Positions 1 through 12,909 of a stretch of 64,000 nt of DNA are shown one piece after another. This DNA comes from Mobula birostris (taxonomy: Eukaryota). The DNA is taken from positions 97,177,604 to 97,241,603 of the forward strand of contig NC_092383.1 in the NCBI RefSeq assembly GCF_030028105.1, read 5' to 3'. The translations under genes and the position numbers were made by a program. The notes under the pieces were generated by a model. It saw only the letters and a program-made list of their open reading frames with translations. It was not told where the DNA came from and did not search any database. Each line of letters starts with the position of its first letter. Position 1 is the first letter of the stretch.

Positions 1-2548
1 TCAACGAGAATTGGAAGAGCAAATCTGCAGAGAGATAGCAGGCAACTGCAGGAAACAAAGTTGTGGTGGTAGGGGATTTTAATTTTCCATACATTGATTG
101 GGTCTCCCCTACTGTTAGGGGTCTAGATGGTTTAGAGTTTGTAAAATGTGTTCAGGAAAGTTTTCTAAATCAATATATAGAGGGACCAACTAGAGGGGAT
201 GCAATATTGGATCTCCTGTTAGAAAACGAGTTAGGACAAGTGACAGAAGTCTGTGTAGGGGAGCACTTTGGTTCCAGTGATCATAACACCATTAGTTTCA
301 ATTTGATCATGGACAAGGATAGATCTGGTCCTAGGGTTGAGGTTCTGAACTGGAAGAAGGCCAAATTTGAAGAAATGAGAAAGGATCTAAAATGCGTGGA
401 TTGGGACAGGTTGTTCTCTGGCAAAGATGTGATCAGTAGGTGGGAAGCCTTCAAAGGAGAAATTTTGAGAGTGCAGAGTTTGTATGTTCCTGTCAGGATT
501 AAAGGCAAAGTGAATAGGAATAAGGAACCTTGGTCCTCAAGGGATATTGCAACTCTGATAAAGAAGAAGCGGGAGTTGTATGACATGTATAGGAAGCAGG
601 GAGTAAATAAGGTGCTTGAGGAGTATAAGAAGTGCAAGAAAATACTTAAGAAAGAAATCAGGAGGGCTAAAAGAAGACATGAGGTTGCCTTGGCAGTCAA
701 AGTGAAGGATAATCCAAAGATCTTTTACAGGTATATTAAGAGCAAAAGGATTGTAAGGGATAAAATTGGTCCTCTTGAAGATCAGAGTGGTTGGCTATGT
801 GCGGAACCAAAGGAAATGGGGGAGATCTTAAATAGGTTTTTTGCATCTGTATTTACTAAGGAAACTGGCATGAAGTCTATGGAATTAAGAGAAACAAGTA
901 GTGAGATCATGGAAACTGTACAGATTGAAAAGGAGGAGGTCCTTGCTGTCTTGAGGAAAATTAAAGTGAATAAATCCCCGGGACCTGACAGGGTGTTCCC
1001 TCGGACCTTGAAGGAGACTAATGTTGAAATTGCAGGGGTCCTGGCAGAAATATTTAAAATGTCGCTGTCTACAGGTGAGGTGCCGGAGGATTGGAGAGTG
1101 GCTCATGTTGTTCCGTTGTTTAAAAAAGGATCGAAAAGTAATCCAGGAAATTATAGGCCAGAAAGTTTAACGTCAGTAGTAGGTAAGTTATTGGAGGGAG
1201 TACCAAGAGACAGAATCTACAAGCATTTGGATAGACAGGGACTTATTACGGAGAGTCAACATGGCTTTGTGCGTGGTAGGTCATGTTGGACCAATCTATT
1301 GGAGTTTTTCAAGGAGGTTACCAGGAAAGTGGACGAAGGGAAGGCAGTGGATATTGTCTACATGGACTTCAGTAAGGCCTTTGACAAGGTCCCGCATGGG
1401 AGGTTAGTTAGGAAAATTCAGTCGCTAGGTATATATGGAGAGGTGGTAAATTGGATTAGGCATTGGCTCAATGGAAGAAGCCAAAGAGTGGTGGTAGAGA
1501 ATTGCTTCTCTGAGTGGAGGCCTGTGACTAGTGGTGTGCCACAGGGATCAGTGCTGGGTCCATTGTTATTTGTCATCTATATCAATGATCTGGATGATAA
1601 TGTGGTAAATTGGATCAGCAAATTTGCTGATGATACAAAGATTGGAGGTGTAGTAGACAGTGAGGAAGGTTTTCAGAGCCTGCAGAGGGACTTGGACCAG
1701 CTGGAAAAATGGGCTGAAAAATGGCAGATGGAGATTAATACAGACAAGTGTGAGGTATTGCATGTTGGAAGGACAAACCAAGGTAGAACACACAGGGTTA
1801 ATGGTAAGGCACTGAGGAGTGTAGTGGAACAGAGGGATCTGGGAATACAGATACAAAATTCCCTAAAAGTGGCGTCACAGGTAGATAGGGTCATAAAGAG
1901 AGCTTTTGGTACATTGGCCTTTATTAATCGAAGTATTGAGTATAAGAGCTGGAAAGTTATGATGAGGTTGTATAAGGCATTGGTGAGGCCGAATCTGGAG
2001 TATTGTGTTCAGTTTTGGTCACCAAATTACAGGAAGGATATAAATAAGATTGAAAGAGTGCAGAGGAGGTTTACAAGGATGTTGCCGGGACTTGAGAAAG
2101 TCAGTTACAGAGAAAGGTTGAATAGGTTTGGACTTTATTCCCTGGAGCGCAGAAGAATGAGGGGAGATTTGATAGAGGTATATAAAATTATGATGGGTAT
2201 AGATAGAGTGAATGCAAGCAGGCTTTTTCCACTGAGGCAAGGGGAGAAACAAACCAGAGGACATGGTTTAAGGGTGAGGGGGGAAAAGTTTAAAGGGAAC
2301 ATTAGGGGGGGCTTCTTCACACAGAGAGTGGTGGGAGTATGGAATGAGCTGCCAGACGAGGTGGTAAATGCGGGTTCTTTTTTAACATTTAAGAATAAAT
2401 TGGACAGATACATGGATGGGAGGTGTATGGTGGGATATGGTCCGTGTGCAGGTCAGTGGGACTAGGCAGAAAATGGATCGGCACAGACAAGAAGGGCCAA
2501 AAGGCCTGTTTCTGTGCTGTAGTTTCTATGGTTTCTATAGTTTCTATG
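1..2548 (+). mobile_element. CR1 LINE, young copy, ORF2 (end of endonuclease plus RT) and 3' tail; 5' part outside window
   Basis: 800-aa ORF 63-2465 with VVGDFNFP, KSPGPD, SGVPQGSVLGPLLF and KFADDTK motifs; (TTTCTATR)n tail ending 2548. Frame from base 2 (QRELEEQICREIA) shifts into the long ORF near 57, indicating a 1-bp deletion. Confidence 0.97.
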
Positions 2549-5500
2549 ATATGAAAATATCTTAATTGGAGGGGATTTCAATTTTTGTCTGGATCCAATT
2601 TTAGATAGATCAGTGAAGGTCAGGGCAGCAAAAACCACCCTGGCCTTCATGAAGGACTTGAATATAATAGATGCTTGGAGATGGCAGCACCCAAGGGAAA
2701 GAGACTACTTTTTCTATTCAAAACAATATGATTCCTACTCTAGAACTGACATTTCTAATACCAGCTAAATTAGAAAGTAGGACCATTCAAACAGAATATC
2801 CCGCTAGACTACTATCCGACCATTCACCTTTAATTGTATCAATTGAAATGCCTGATAAACAAAAAACATTATATAGATGGCGTTTTAATCCTTTGCTGTT
2901 GAAAAGACCAGAGTTTTGCAGTTTTATTAGACCTCAAATAGAATTGTTCTGTGAGTCGAACTCACCCTCTACTGCCAATAATTTCTTAATGTGGGACACA
3001 TTAAAAGCATACTTAAGAGGACAGATAATTGGATATGTTAAGGGTATAAAAAATAAATATGTAACAGAATTAAATGAATTGGGTAAAGAAATAACACAAT
3101 TAGAAAAAGACTGTCAGAATTTAACAGAGGAAAATTATATTAAAAAAATAAAAATTAGAGTATAACACAAAACAAACCTATAGAATAGAAAAAATGATAC
3201 TAAAATCAAAACAAAATATTATGAATCAGCAGAGAGAACCCAAAAAGTACTATTTTGGCAATTGAGGGTGGAAGAAACCTCCGGAACAATAAATGCGATT
3301 CAAACAGGGGAAGGTAAAATTTCATATAAGCCAAAGAAACAAATGTTACTTTTAAGCAGTTCTATTCGGAACTATATAAAATCAGAATCAGTGGGTGACT
3401 CACTGAAAATTGATGATTTCTTGTCTAATTTACAACTTCCCAAATTGAGTCAACAAGATCAGGAAGAATTGAATGTCCCTTTTTCTCGGGATGAAATTGA
3501 AAGAGCCCTAGGCTTATTACAGGCTAATAAATCGCCGGGAGATGATGGTTTTCCCCCTGAATTTTATAGAGAATTTAAGGATTAATTAATGACCCTTTTT
3601 ATGAAGGTTGTGACTCAGGCTGAGGAGACCCATACTATACCGGAATCCTTTTCAACAGCAATTATTACGTTAATTCTTAAGAAGGATATGGATCCACTGA
3701 AACCAGCACCTTATAGGCTTATCTCACTTTTAAATGCGGACTATAAGATTACAGCAAAGGCATTGGCTAATATCTGCCAAAATTGATTAAATCTGATCAA
3801 ACAGGATTTATTAAAAATAGACAATTATCTGATAATTTGGCAGACTATTGACTATATTACATTTAGCTGGGACGAAGGTGGACCCGACTGTAGCAGTGGT
3901 TTTAGATGCTGAAAAGGCCAGACTTGAATGGGATTTTTTTTTATTTAAAACAATGGAAAAATTTGGTCTAGGCCAAATATTCATAAATTGGATAAGAGCA
4001 CTTTGCCATCAGTCTAAGGCCAAAATAATTACGAACGGGCAGATTTCACCAGTTTTCTCTCTACATAGATCTAGTAGACAAGGTTGCCCACTATCTCCAG
4101 CTCTATTTGTTCTGGCAATAGAGACATTGGCTGAGGCTGTTAGATGGGATCCAGACATAAAGGGGTTTAAAGTGGCCCAGGAAGAATATAAAATTAATTT
4201 ATTTGCTGATGACATTTTAGTATATTTGGCTGATCCGGCCAGCTCTTTGGTAAGACTTAGGGCCTTGCTGGACAATTATGTTATAGTCTTGGGATATAAA
4301 ATAAATTGGAATAAAAGTGAAAATTTACCTTTAGATAGAGGAGACTATGCCCAATATCAATATGGCACTCAGTTCAGATGGGTTAAATTCAACATGAAAT
4401 ATCTGGGGTTTAAGTTTAATCGTAATTTGGATGACCTTTATAAACTTCAATATCTCCCCTTGCTGCGAAATGTCGAAGAGGACCTACATAGGTGGATAAA
4501 CCTTCCCATCACACTATTGGGCAGGGTAAACTGTATAAAAATGAAGATAATGCCAAGACTTCAGTAATTTTTTTTAAGTCTTCACCTATCCCATTATCCA
4601 ATAATTTTTTAGGACTCCTAATGGACATATTCGTCTATTTTTATGGTTGGGTAAAATATCTAGAATCTCCATGGAAAAATTGACCTGGGACTATAAATTG
4701 GGAGGTTTAAAAAAAAATCTAAAAAGATTTTAAAAAATATTATTTAGCTGCACAAGCACATTTTATTGCTTCTTTTTTTGATGAGACAACTGTTCCTTCT
4801 TGGGTTACAATTGGCTTACCTATGGTAGGAGAAGAGATGGCAGAAGAATTTATATATAAATGGGACTCCAAATTAATTAAAAAGAAAACAAACAATCCTC
4901 TACTGAGACATAATTTATATCTGGGAAAAAATTAAACAATTTATGGGTCAAAAAAAAAAAGGGATATCCTCAAAGACGTCTCTATCTCAGAACAGATTAA
5001 TACCCATGACTCTGGGTAATAAGTTTCTAGTCACCTGGTATCAACATTGTATCAAGCACACTGAAGATTGTTATAATCAGCAGAAGCAACTTATGTCTTT
5101 TGAGGGACTTAAAAATAAATATAGTTTGTCTAATAACTCATTCTTTTGCTATCTCTAATTACGATCTTTTCTGAGGGACTGTCTGGGTCCATCGCTGGTC
5201 CTACCAAGGTGCTCAGACATGGAGATTCTAATTCGAAAGGGGAATATAACTAAATTTATTTCTAATATATATTCTCTATTCCAGGACCAATGCCCAAAGC
5301 TTGGTATACACAGATCGAGGGAGAGATGGGAGTTGGACTTGGGCATTGTAATTGATCATCAACGTTGGTCACATCTATGTTTGGATAGTGTTACCACTCT
5401 TATCAACTCTGGATACAGAATGATACATTTTTTTTTTTTTAACATCAGTTGTATCTCACACCTGAAAAAATACATAAAAATAAACCAGAAATTTCTGACA

Positions 5501-6213
5501 AGTGTTTCGGGTGTAGCATAGATGTTGGTACCTTTTTGCATTCCACCTGGCTATGCACGAAACTGAGATCTTTATGGATGATCTGGGGGAGGTACTGGGA
5601 AAGATTCTGGGGATGGATTTCCCTCGAGACCCAGAATTGTTTCTCCTGGTGAACTTAGCAGTTTGGAAAATTAACCTCCCCAGGGATAAATCCAAATTTA
5701 TTAAAATTGCGTTGTCAGTGGACAGGAAATGTATAGCGGTAACATGGAAATCCCATTCCCTTGTACATATTGATCGTTGGAATAAAGAAATGCAAAGTTG
5801 TATACTCCTTGAGAAGATTACTTCTACCCTCAGGAATGGATACACTATGTTCATTGAGATTTGGCAACCATATTTGGGTTACTTAAATGCCCAGATTGTT
5901 TAATTTATTTTTTTTTTTTTAAATATATCCCTTATTATAAGCTAGTTTCTTTAATTTTTGTTTTAAACTGACTCTGAGAGCTGGATGCCTACTCTTTTTT
6001 TCTCTTTTCTTCTCTCCTTTCTTTCCTCTGTCTTTCATGTTTTGTTTTCTCCCTCCTTTTTTCTAAATGAGGGGAGATGCTGTTGGGATGGGTGTTCCTT
6101 TTTTTCTCTCTGACTTATTAATGTATTTGAATTAATTTTTTTTCAATGTGTATTAATTGTTATATTGATTGAGTTCTTATATTTTTCAAAAAATTAAATA
6201 AAATATTTAAAAA
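2549..6213 (+). mobile_element. Fish-type L1 LINE, degenerate ORF2, interrupted at its 5' side by the CR1
   Basis: Starts in endonuclease (ENILIGGDFNFCLDP), then WRFNPLLL, KSPGDDGFPPEFY, SRQGCPLSPALF, LFADDIL, C-terminal CFGC..H..C knuckle near 5500, T-rich 3' UTR and A-rich end; many stops and frameshifts. Confidence 0.93.
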
Positions 6214-6540
6214 AGAGGGAAAGGAGGAGAAAGAAAGGGAGAAGTAGAGGCAGAGAGAGAGCAGTAATGGGAGAGGAAATGAGAGAGAGAGAGAGGAGGG
6301 AGAGGGACAGCAGTGCAGAGAGAGATGGAGAGAGAGGGGGGAATGTGTACACGTATGTGCTGTAGGTATGGTGTGTGTGTGCGTGCGCTTGTTTTGTGTG
6401 AGTGTGTGTTTGTGTCTGTTTGTATATGCTTTTGCATGTTTGTTTTTTGTGTGTGTCTGCGTGTCCACGTGTCTGCGTGTGTGGGTTTGTAGTGTGTGTG
6501 TTTGTGTCTGTGTGTTTGTGTCTGTGTGTCCGTCTCTCAC
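6214..6540. repeat. Low-complexity GA-rich then GT-rich microsatellite
   Basis: Degenerate (GA)n followed by (GT)n directly visible. Confidence 0.9.
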
Positions 6541-7015
6541 TCTATATTGGCATCCCAGCTACATTCTCCACTTCACGTATCTCTCCTCTTCCTGCTTACC
6601 AGAGCCGTTCTAATACTCTCCCACTTTCTGCCACGATTTGATGCCGTGTTTCACTAGCCACTCATCCTGTCAGACCGAGGTCACTGCGCACTGACACCTG
6701 CTCACCACTCCGGGTTGAAACATTTCCAGATGGTGCACGGTGTCCACATGGATGGCAGAGGAAAGAACAGCTACGAACCACAGGAAGGTGGAGCTGGACT
6801 GGTCACCCGGGCAGGGATGCGGCAAATGGAGTCAAGGGAGATCATCCACTCAGCACTTCTGTCTGAACACGGATGTGAACGATCAGCCTTGTCTCCAGCA
6901 CTCACGAGCTGGGTCCCACCGTCAGTGAGGGAGGGTGGGGATGTTCATGCAGCCGCCTCCTCCCGTCAACTGTTGTCTATCAGCAAATGTAGTGGGGGGA
7001 GGGGGGGTACAGCCA

Positions 7016-7200
7016 GCCGGTGGAGTAATGGTATCAGCACCAGACTTTGAGACCGAACGGTCCTGGGTTCGAATCCGGCACACTTTCCATCCATACTGGG
7101 TTGAATGTCGAGCTAGCAAGTCGGGCTTGTGGAAAAAAAACAGACAAATGCTAATGAAATGGCAAAAAATGTTGCCTGATCTGCCACAAAGGAGCGAAAA
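7016..7200 (+). mobile_element. tRNA-derived SINE (head resembles tRNA-Gln TTG)
   Basis: A box TGGAGTAATGG 7021-7031, B box GGTTCGAATCC 7066-7076, CTTTGA anticodon-like loop with unpaired stem; followed by non-tRNA body and A-rich tract. Confidence 0.75.
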
Positions 7201-7756
7201 TGTTGTAGACATTTACTACTGGAATGTTGTAAAACTGCAAAGCATAAACAAACTATAAATTACAATATAAAATATTACATTAAATAAGTAGTGCAAAAGA
7301 GAGCAAATAGAGTGCACAGCTTATTTAATTTAATTTGGGGCTGTTTGTCCTGGAAAGGGGAGGCAAAGAGACAATGGAACAGGGGTAAGGTAGTGAGGGT
7401 AGGGGTCTGCACCGTGTAACCGGGAAGAACTGATTTCCCCAAGCACAGGGGCAGAGACCTGGACAGACATCTAAAGAAACTGAGGCAAGGATCTAGGGCA
7501 GCATGGACAGAGAACTTCAGCTCACCACATTCTTGCCGATAATCATGTACCCATCTATACTTATCCCTTTACCAGCAGAATACTCAGATGAAGGAGGGCC
7601 AGCACTGGCAATTCGATGTTCCTGGGAAGAGAAGATTCAGATGTGACCAGCTGGAAGACAGCAGAGGAGGGGAAATCACAACATTGATATAGGAAAATAT
7701 CAGAGTTGTATTCAGACAGGATTTCTTACAAAGCTTTCCTAATCAGGGCAAATGGG

Positions 7757-9870
7757 TTCAAAATTCAAAGTTCACAGTTAAATTTTTTATCAAAGTACAT
7801 ACATATCACCACATACAACCTTGAGATTCTTTTTCTGCTGTCCAAACTTAGCAAATCTATAGAACAGTAATTGTAAACATCAGGAACTGTTCACTGCAAA
7901 CAAACTGTGCAAATGCAGGTATAATTAAATAGCAGTAAATAACCAGCATGAAATGACAATATAACAGAATCCTTAAATGAGTGCAACTATCCCTTTTGTT
8001 CAATAGCCTGATGTTTGAGGGTAGAAACTGTTTGTGAACCGGGAGGTGTGAGTCCTGAGGCACCTGCAGGTTCTATCTGATGACAGCAGTGAGAAGACAG
8101 CATGGCCTGGGTGGTGAGGATCTTTGATGATGGATGCTGCTTTTCTACGGCAACGTTTCATGTAGATGTGCTCAATGATTGGAGGCTTTTACCAGTGATG
8201 TACTGGGCCAAATTCATTACCTTTTGTAGGATTTTCTGCTCAAGGGCATTGGTGTTCCCATACCAAGCCGTAATGCAGTCATCAGCACACTTTCCACCAC
8301 ATTATCTATAGAAGTTTGTCAAGTTCTTGGAACCTCCGCAGATTCCTGAGGAAGTTGAGGTGCTGTCGTGCTTTCTTCAAAACAACATTTATATGATGGA
8401 TCCAGGTCGGGTCCTCTGAGATAGTGACACCCATGAACTTAAATTTACTGACCCCCTCCACCTCTGATCCTCTGATGATTACTGGCTCATGGACCTCTGG
8501 TTCCCTCTCCTGAAGTCTACGATCAGTTTCTTGGTCTTGTTGGCATTGAGTGAGAGGTGGTTGTTATTCCACCTCTCAGCCAAGTTTTCAATCTCCTGCC
8601 TGTGTGCTGATTCATCATGCCCTTTAACACAGCCCACAACAGTGGTCTCGTCAGCAAACTTGTATGTGGTGTTGGAGGTGTACTTAGCCACACAGTCAGA
8701 GGTGTAAAGCGAGTAGAGCAGGGGACTAAGCATACATCCCTGCGGTGTTCCTGTGCTGATGGAGATTGTGCAGGAGATGTTTTTGCCAATCCTTCTGACT
8801 GGGGTCTACAAGTGAGGAAATCCAGAATCCAATTACACAAGCAGTATTGATGCTCAGGTTTTGGAGTTTACTGATCAGTTTTGAGGGGATGATGGTGTTA
8901 AATACTCAGCTGTAATCGATAATGAGCATCTTGATGTACACATCTTTGCTGTCCAGATGTTCCTAGGTGTGTGAAGAGCCAATGAGATAGCATCTGCTGT
9001 AGACCTGTTGCTTCAGTAGGCAAAATGGAAAAGATTCAAGTCACCATTCAGACAGGAGCTGATATGCTTCAACACCCAGTTTTCAAAACATTTTATCACT
9101 GTGGATGTAAGTGCTACTAGGCGATAGTCATTTAGACAGGTTACCACACTCTTCTTGGGTATCGGTATGATTGATGCCCACTTGAAGCAGTCAGATACTA
9201 CACACTGCTGGAGTGAGAGGTTGAAGATATCCGTGAATACACCAGCCAGTTGGTCAGCACAGGTCTTCAGTACTCGGCCAGGTAATCTGTCCAGCTCAGA
9301 TGCTTTCCTTGCATTCACTTTCTTGAAGGCAGCCCACATGTTAGTTCAGATACTGAAACTAAAGGATCATCAGGAAACATGGGGGTGCATGACGGTTCCT
9401 CCCTGTGCTGGTGGTCAAAGCAAGCATAGAGCTCAGCTGGAAACGGAGCTCTGCTGTCCCCCATGTGGCAAGATTTCACTTTGTAGGAGGTTATGGCGTT
9501 CAAACCCTGCCAGAGCTGTCGAGCATCTCACATTGATTCCAGTCTAGTCCAGAATCTCCACTTCGCCTGAGAGATGGCTTTTCAGAGATCATACCTGCAC
9601 CTTTTGTAGCATTCTTGATCTCCAGCCTTGACTGCCTCTGATCCGGTTCTCAGCAGGTTCTGGATTTTGTTTTTCATCCAGGGCTTCTGACTGGGGAAAG
9701 TCCTGAACCATTTCATGGAGACACACTCATCCACAGTTGTTTTAATACAGTCTGTAACGATTCTGGAGTAGTCAGTCAGGTCTTCAGATGAGTTCTCGAA
9801 CACGGCCAAGTCCACCGACTCCAGATAATCTTGTAACCACTCCTCAGCCTCCCGTGTCCACCTCTTGGTT
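7757..9870 (-). mobile_element. Rex1/Babar LINE, 5'-truncated and degenerate
   Basis: Minus-strand ORF pieces FPSQKPWM, GRVLKTCADQLAGVFTDIFNLSL, LSPLLYSLYTSDC, KFADETTVVG; short TTCAAA-type tail repeats at 7757. Confidence 0.92.
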
Positions 9871-10178
9871 GCCTTGGGCTCTGGAGCCTTGCTCGTTAGG
9901 CTCCATGCACCTTCTCTTTAGGGTAGAAGGCAGAAAGAGAAAAGTATTGCTCTGTGGAAAACAGAGACGGAGAAAAATCATAAAGAGGTATAAACGGGCA
10001 AATTTCCAACATCCAATGTTGTCTGGAATATAGAATAAAAAACAAAAGCATTTTTCTCCTCTCTAACTTATTACAACCTCATTACTCCAGGAAAGGGTGA
10101 TCTTTTTGCCTTTAAACTGAATGCATCTCTTCTGATGTTTAGTTATCCTGGAGAGAGGATTACTTTTCTGATAATATA

Positions 10179-10232
10179 CAGTACTGTGCAAAAGTCTTAG
10201 ACACATATCTACAGCTGGGATGCACAGTGCTG
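10179..10232. mobile_element. Tc1/mariner-type miniature element with truncated right TIR
   Basis: TA-CAGTACTGTGCAAAAGTCTTAGACAC...TGCACAGTGCTG-TA; same TIR family as 10628-10698. Confidence 0.6.
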
Positions 10233-10627
10233 TATTTGTCAACGTGGAGCAGAGAGTGAGTTTGTAAATCTGGTGGGAGCAAAGGATGTTGGGAATGGTG
10301 AGGGTGGAGCGCCGTGGGAGGGGTGTGGGACAGGTGGCAGAGAAGTGGTGCCAGGGGTGGGGGTTGGTGCGGGTGCAGATGCACCTAGCCCTGAGACACC
10401 AGGCAAGGTCATTGGATTCCAAACAATTGATTTACTGATCATTACAGAATGTCTCTTTGGTGCTTCCCCCTCCCTCCCCCTTTTCCCAAGCAAGATTCCC
10501 CTCTCCCTGCCCCCTTCCAACCCTCAGTCTACAATAGAGACCCATATCAGAATCAGGTTTATCATCACTCACATATGACATGATTTTGTTTTGCAACAGC
10601 AGTACAGTGCAATACAGAAAATTACTA

Positions 10628-10698
10628 CAGTACTGTGCAAAAGACTTAGGCACCCGAGCTATATTTACACATGTGCCCAAGACTTCTGCACAATATTG
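10628..10698. mobile_element. 71-bp Tc1/mariner-type MITE
   Basis: 26-bp imperfect TIRs (CAGTACTGTGCAAAAGACTTAGGCAC / GTGCCCAAGACTTCTGCACAATATTG), 19-bp spacer, TA on both sides. Confidence 0.8.
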
Positions 10699-11027
10699 TA
10701 TCAACGAAGAACTGTAAGCTGTCACTTATCTTAAGAGCACTCACAATTCCTTGCGCTCACCTCCTGGGTCCCATTTTCCATGTCTGTGCTCTCATGTTTC
10801 CCTACAGCAGGGTTCAGCTTCCTTCCTCAGGGCCGGGTGCGAAGAGTCTTCACACTGCTCCTCCCTTGGGCTCACTGTGTGATGAAGGGACAGTGCACCA
10901 GCTCTTTCACTGGGCTGGGAGCTGGAAGATGAGCCACATGGCCTGCTCTGATATTGGTGATGTCACAGCTCTGACTCCCCTCCAGTTGTTGAGCTCAGCT
11001 ACTGACCATTTCCCTTTGTCTCCACAG

Positions 11028-11348
11028 CAAGTACTGGGGCTTCCCCTCCTACTGTGCATGGAGTTCGGGGCCAGATGGCCTGGTTATCTTCTGGGATCCC
11101 AATTCCATGGAACCTTACGGAGATTGAGTGGAACCGAGTATCACCCCGAATCAGGATCATGAAGTACTCGAGAGGCGGTTTTGAATACTTTGGTACTGTT
11201 GAGGACAGGCGACGAATAACTATTTTCCCCATAGACTTCAGTCTGTTAATCCGTAATCTACGAGCAGAAGATGCTGGTGATTATGAGATGACCATGAGAA
11301 CACATCCGAGAGAAGGGACTTATTCAACAGTGCGACTGGAGGTATATG
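11028..11348 (+). CDS. CD2/SLAM-family Ig V-set exon (gene 1), no cysteines
   Basis: Acceptor ttgtctccacag, donor G|gtgagt, 321 bp, phase 1-1; TVHGVRGQMAWL...EW...FSLLIRNLRAEDAGDYEM...TVRLEVY has the V-set D-x-G-x-Y motif and lacks the B-F disulfide, as in CD2-family N-terminal domains. Confidence 0.92.
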
Positions 11349-12329
11349 GTGAGTGAGACATCACTGAGGGGCCCGGGTTTCACCAGTTCCTGAAACACCC
11401 CCAATTAATGGGTGAGGGCAGATCCTGTGTGTTTCCCTGTTTACTGAACCCCACTGACTGCCGGTGTCCAGAGCTGGGCTCACAGTCCCAGTGTAGTGAG
11501 GCTGAGTCAGTGAGAGTCTGGAGGACACACTCACCACATCCCCAGAGACCAGGAGGCATGAAGGATTGAACCATCAATGGGGGACCTTGTGTATCCAAAA
11601 CTCCAGGAGTTGAGCACATGTGGAGCAGGGGGAGATAAACCGATGGGGTGGAAAAGGCTGATGTGAATGGGCTGAGGGGTCTGTATCTGTGGGTCACAGT
11701 TACACACTGTATCCCCAGGTCAAAGGCCTGGTCTGTCATGTTCAGGGATCCCAGCTGACCTGTCAGTTTCCCAGGCGACTACTTGTTAATTCCCCAGACT
11801 GAGGTCTGAGCTCAGCAAGGTGTTTATTCCTCAGCCTTCATGCTGTGCTGAGTGAGACCCTGTGTATTCATTACACTGAATATAATGTCCCAGTGAGTGA
11901 CACAGTACACGGACACAACAGCACACACACACAGCAATATGGTTCCTGACTCACTCTAACAGTAATATCACATTCACAATAATCTCACTCAGCATTGCCT
12001 GGCTGAGAAATCTTCTCTATCCCAGGGTTAACTATTATATGAAGTACATCAGAACATGGGAAATAGGGCCAAGAGGAGGCCATTCAGCCCATCCAACCTT
12101 TCCTCACTCACTGGGGTCAGAGCTGGGATATAGGCTCAAGGGTTAAATGCTCACCCACATCATGGGAAGCTTCCTGTACTTCCGTTCCTTGTGTGCCTAT
12201 CCAGTTACCTCTGAAGCCCTCAGTGCAATTGAGCAGGGCTACCCCCTGTGGGAACAAATCCCACATTCCCAAAGCTCCATGGGGAAGGTATTTTCTTCTA
12301 GACTCCACATTGGATTTATCATTGTGTCA

Positions 12330-12595
12330 TCAGTGATCATAAGAGCAGAATCAGGCCATTTGGCCCATCGAACCTGTTCCACCATTTCGTCATGGCTGAT
12401 CTATTTCCCTCTCAGCCACAGTCTCCTGCCTTCCCCCTTATTCCTTCATGCCCTGACCAGTCAAGAATCTATCAACATCTGCCTTAAATATACATAAAGA
12501 CTTGGCCTCCACAGCAGCCAGTGGCAAAGAATCCCACAGATTCACCACCCTCTGGCTAAGAAAATTCCTCTTTACCTCCATTCTAAAAGGACACC
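12330..12595 (-). mobile_element. CR1 3' fragment
   Basis: Minus translation MEVKRNFLSQRVVNLWDSLP plus CR1-type 3' UTR. Confidence 0.8.
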
Positions 12596-12909
12596 AAACG
12601 GTTATGGGAAGAACATACAAATTGCTTACACATAGCAGCGGGGTTGCTAACCGTTCCGCCATCGGGCGGCCCCCGCTGTGGTTCTGATGATGGCTATACG
12701 TCTCCAGCAGGACAGACTGGTCACAGGGAGGATAATGGAGGGAGGGGGGCAAGCAGAGAGTTGGTGTGCCGTGTGGGGGGAGGGGAGGGGAGGGGTAGTG
12801 AGGGCACTGGGGTCCTGGGGTGGGTGGGGTGTGGAATGGGTCCTGTCTGTCCCATTTCTTTGGGAGGCAGTCACTGAGTTTTTTTTCTCCTCCCCAACTG
12901 CGAAACCAG

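Noticed and set aside
2549-6213. L1 as a potentially active element
   Set aside because: Multiple in-frame stops as well as frameshifts, and it is split by a CR1.
6600-6710. Faint resemblance of one minus frame (ETRHQIVAESGRVLER) to queuosine salvage protein
   Set aside because: In-frame stop just upstream and no similarity in flanks; likely chance.
7016-7079. Possible tRNA-Gln gene
   Set aside because: Anticodon stem does not pair, acceptor stem is short, and it continues into a SINE body.
7503-7650. MDRELQLTTFLPIIMYPSILIPLPA as leader of gene 1
   Set aside because: No phase-1 GT donor in a suitable position; hydrophobic core is weak.
12155-12283. Overlapping pseudo-exons on both strands with good splice signals
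   Set aside because: No recognisable peptide and phases do not fit neighbouring exons.
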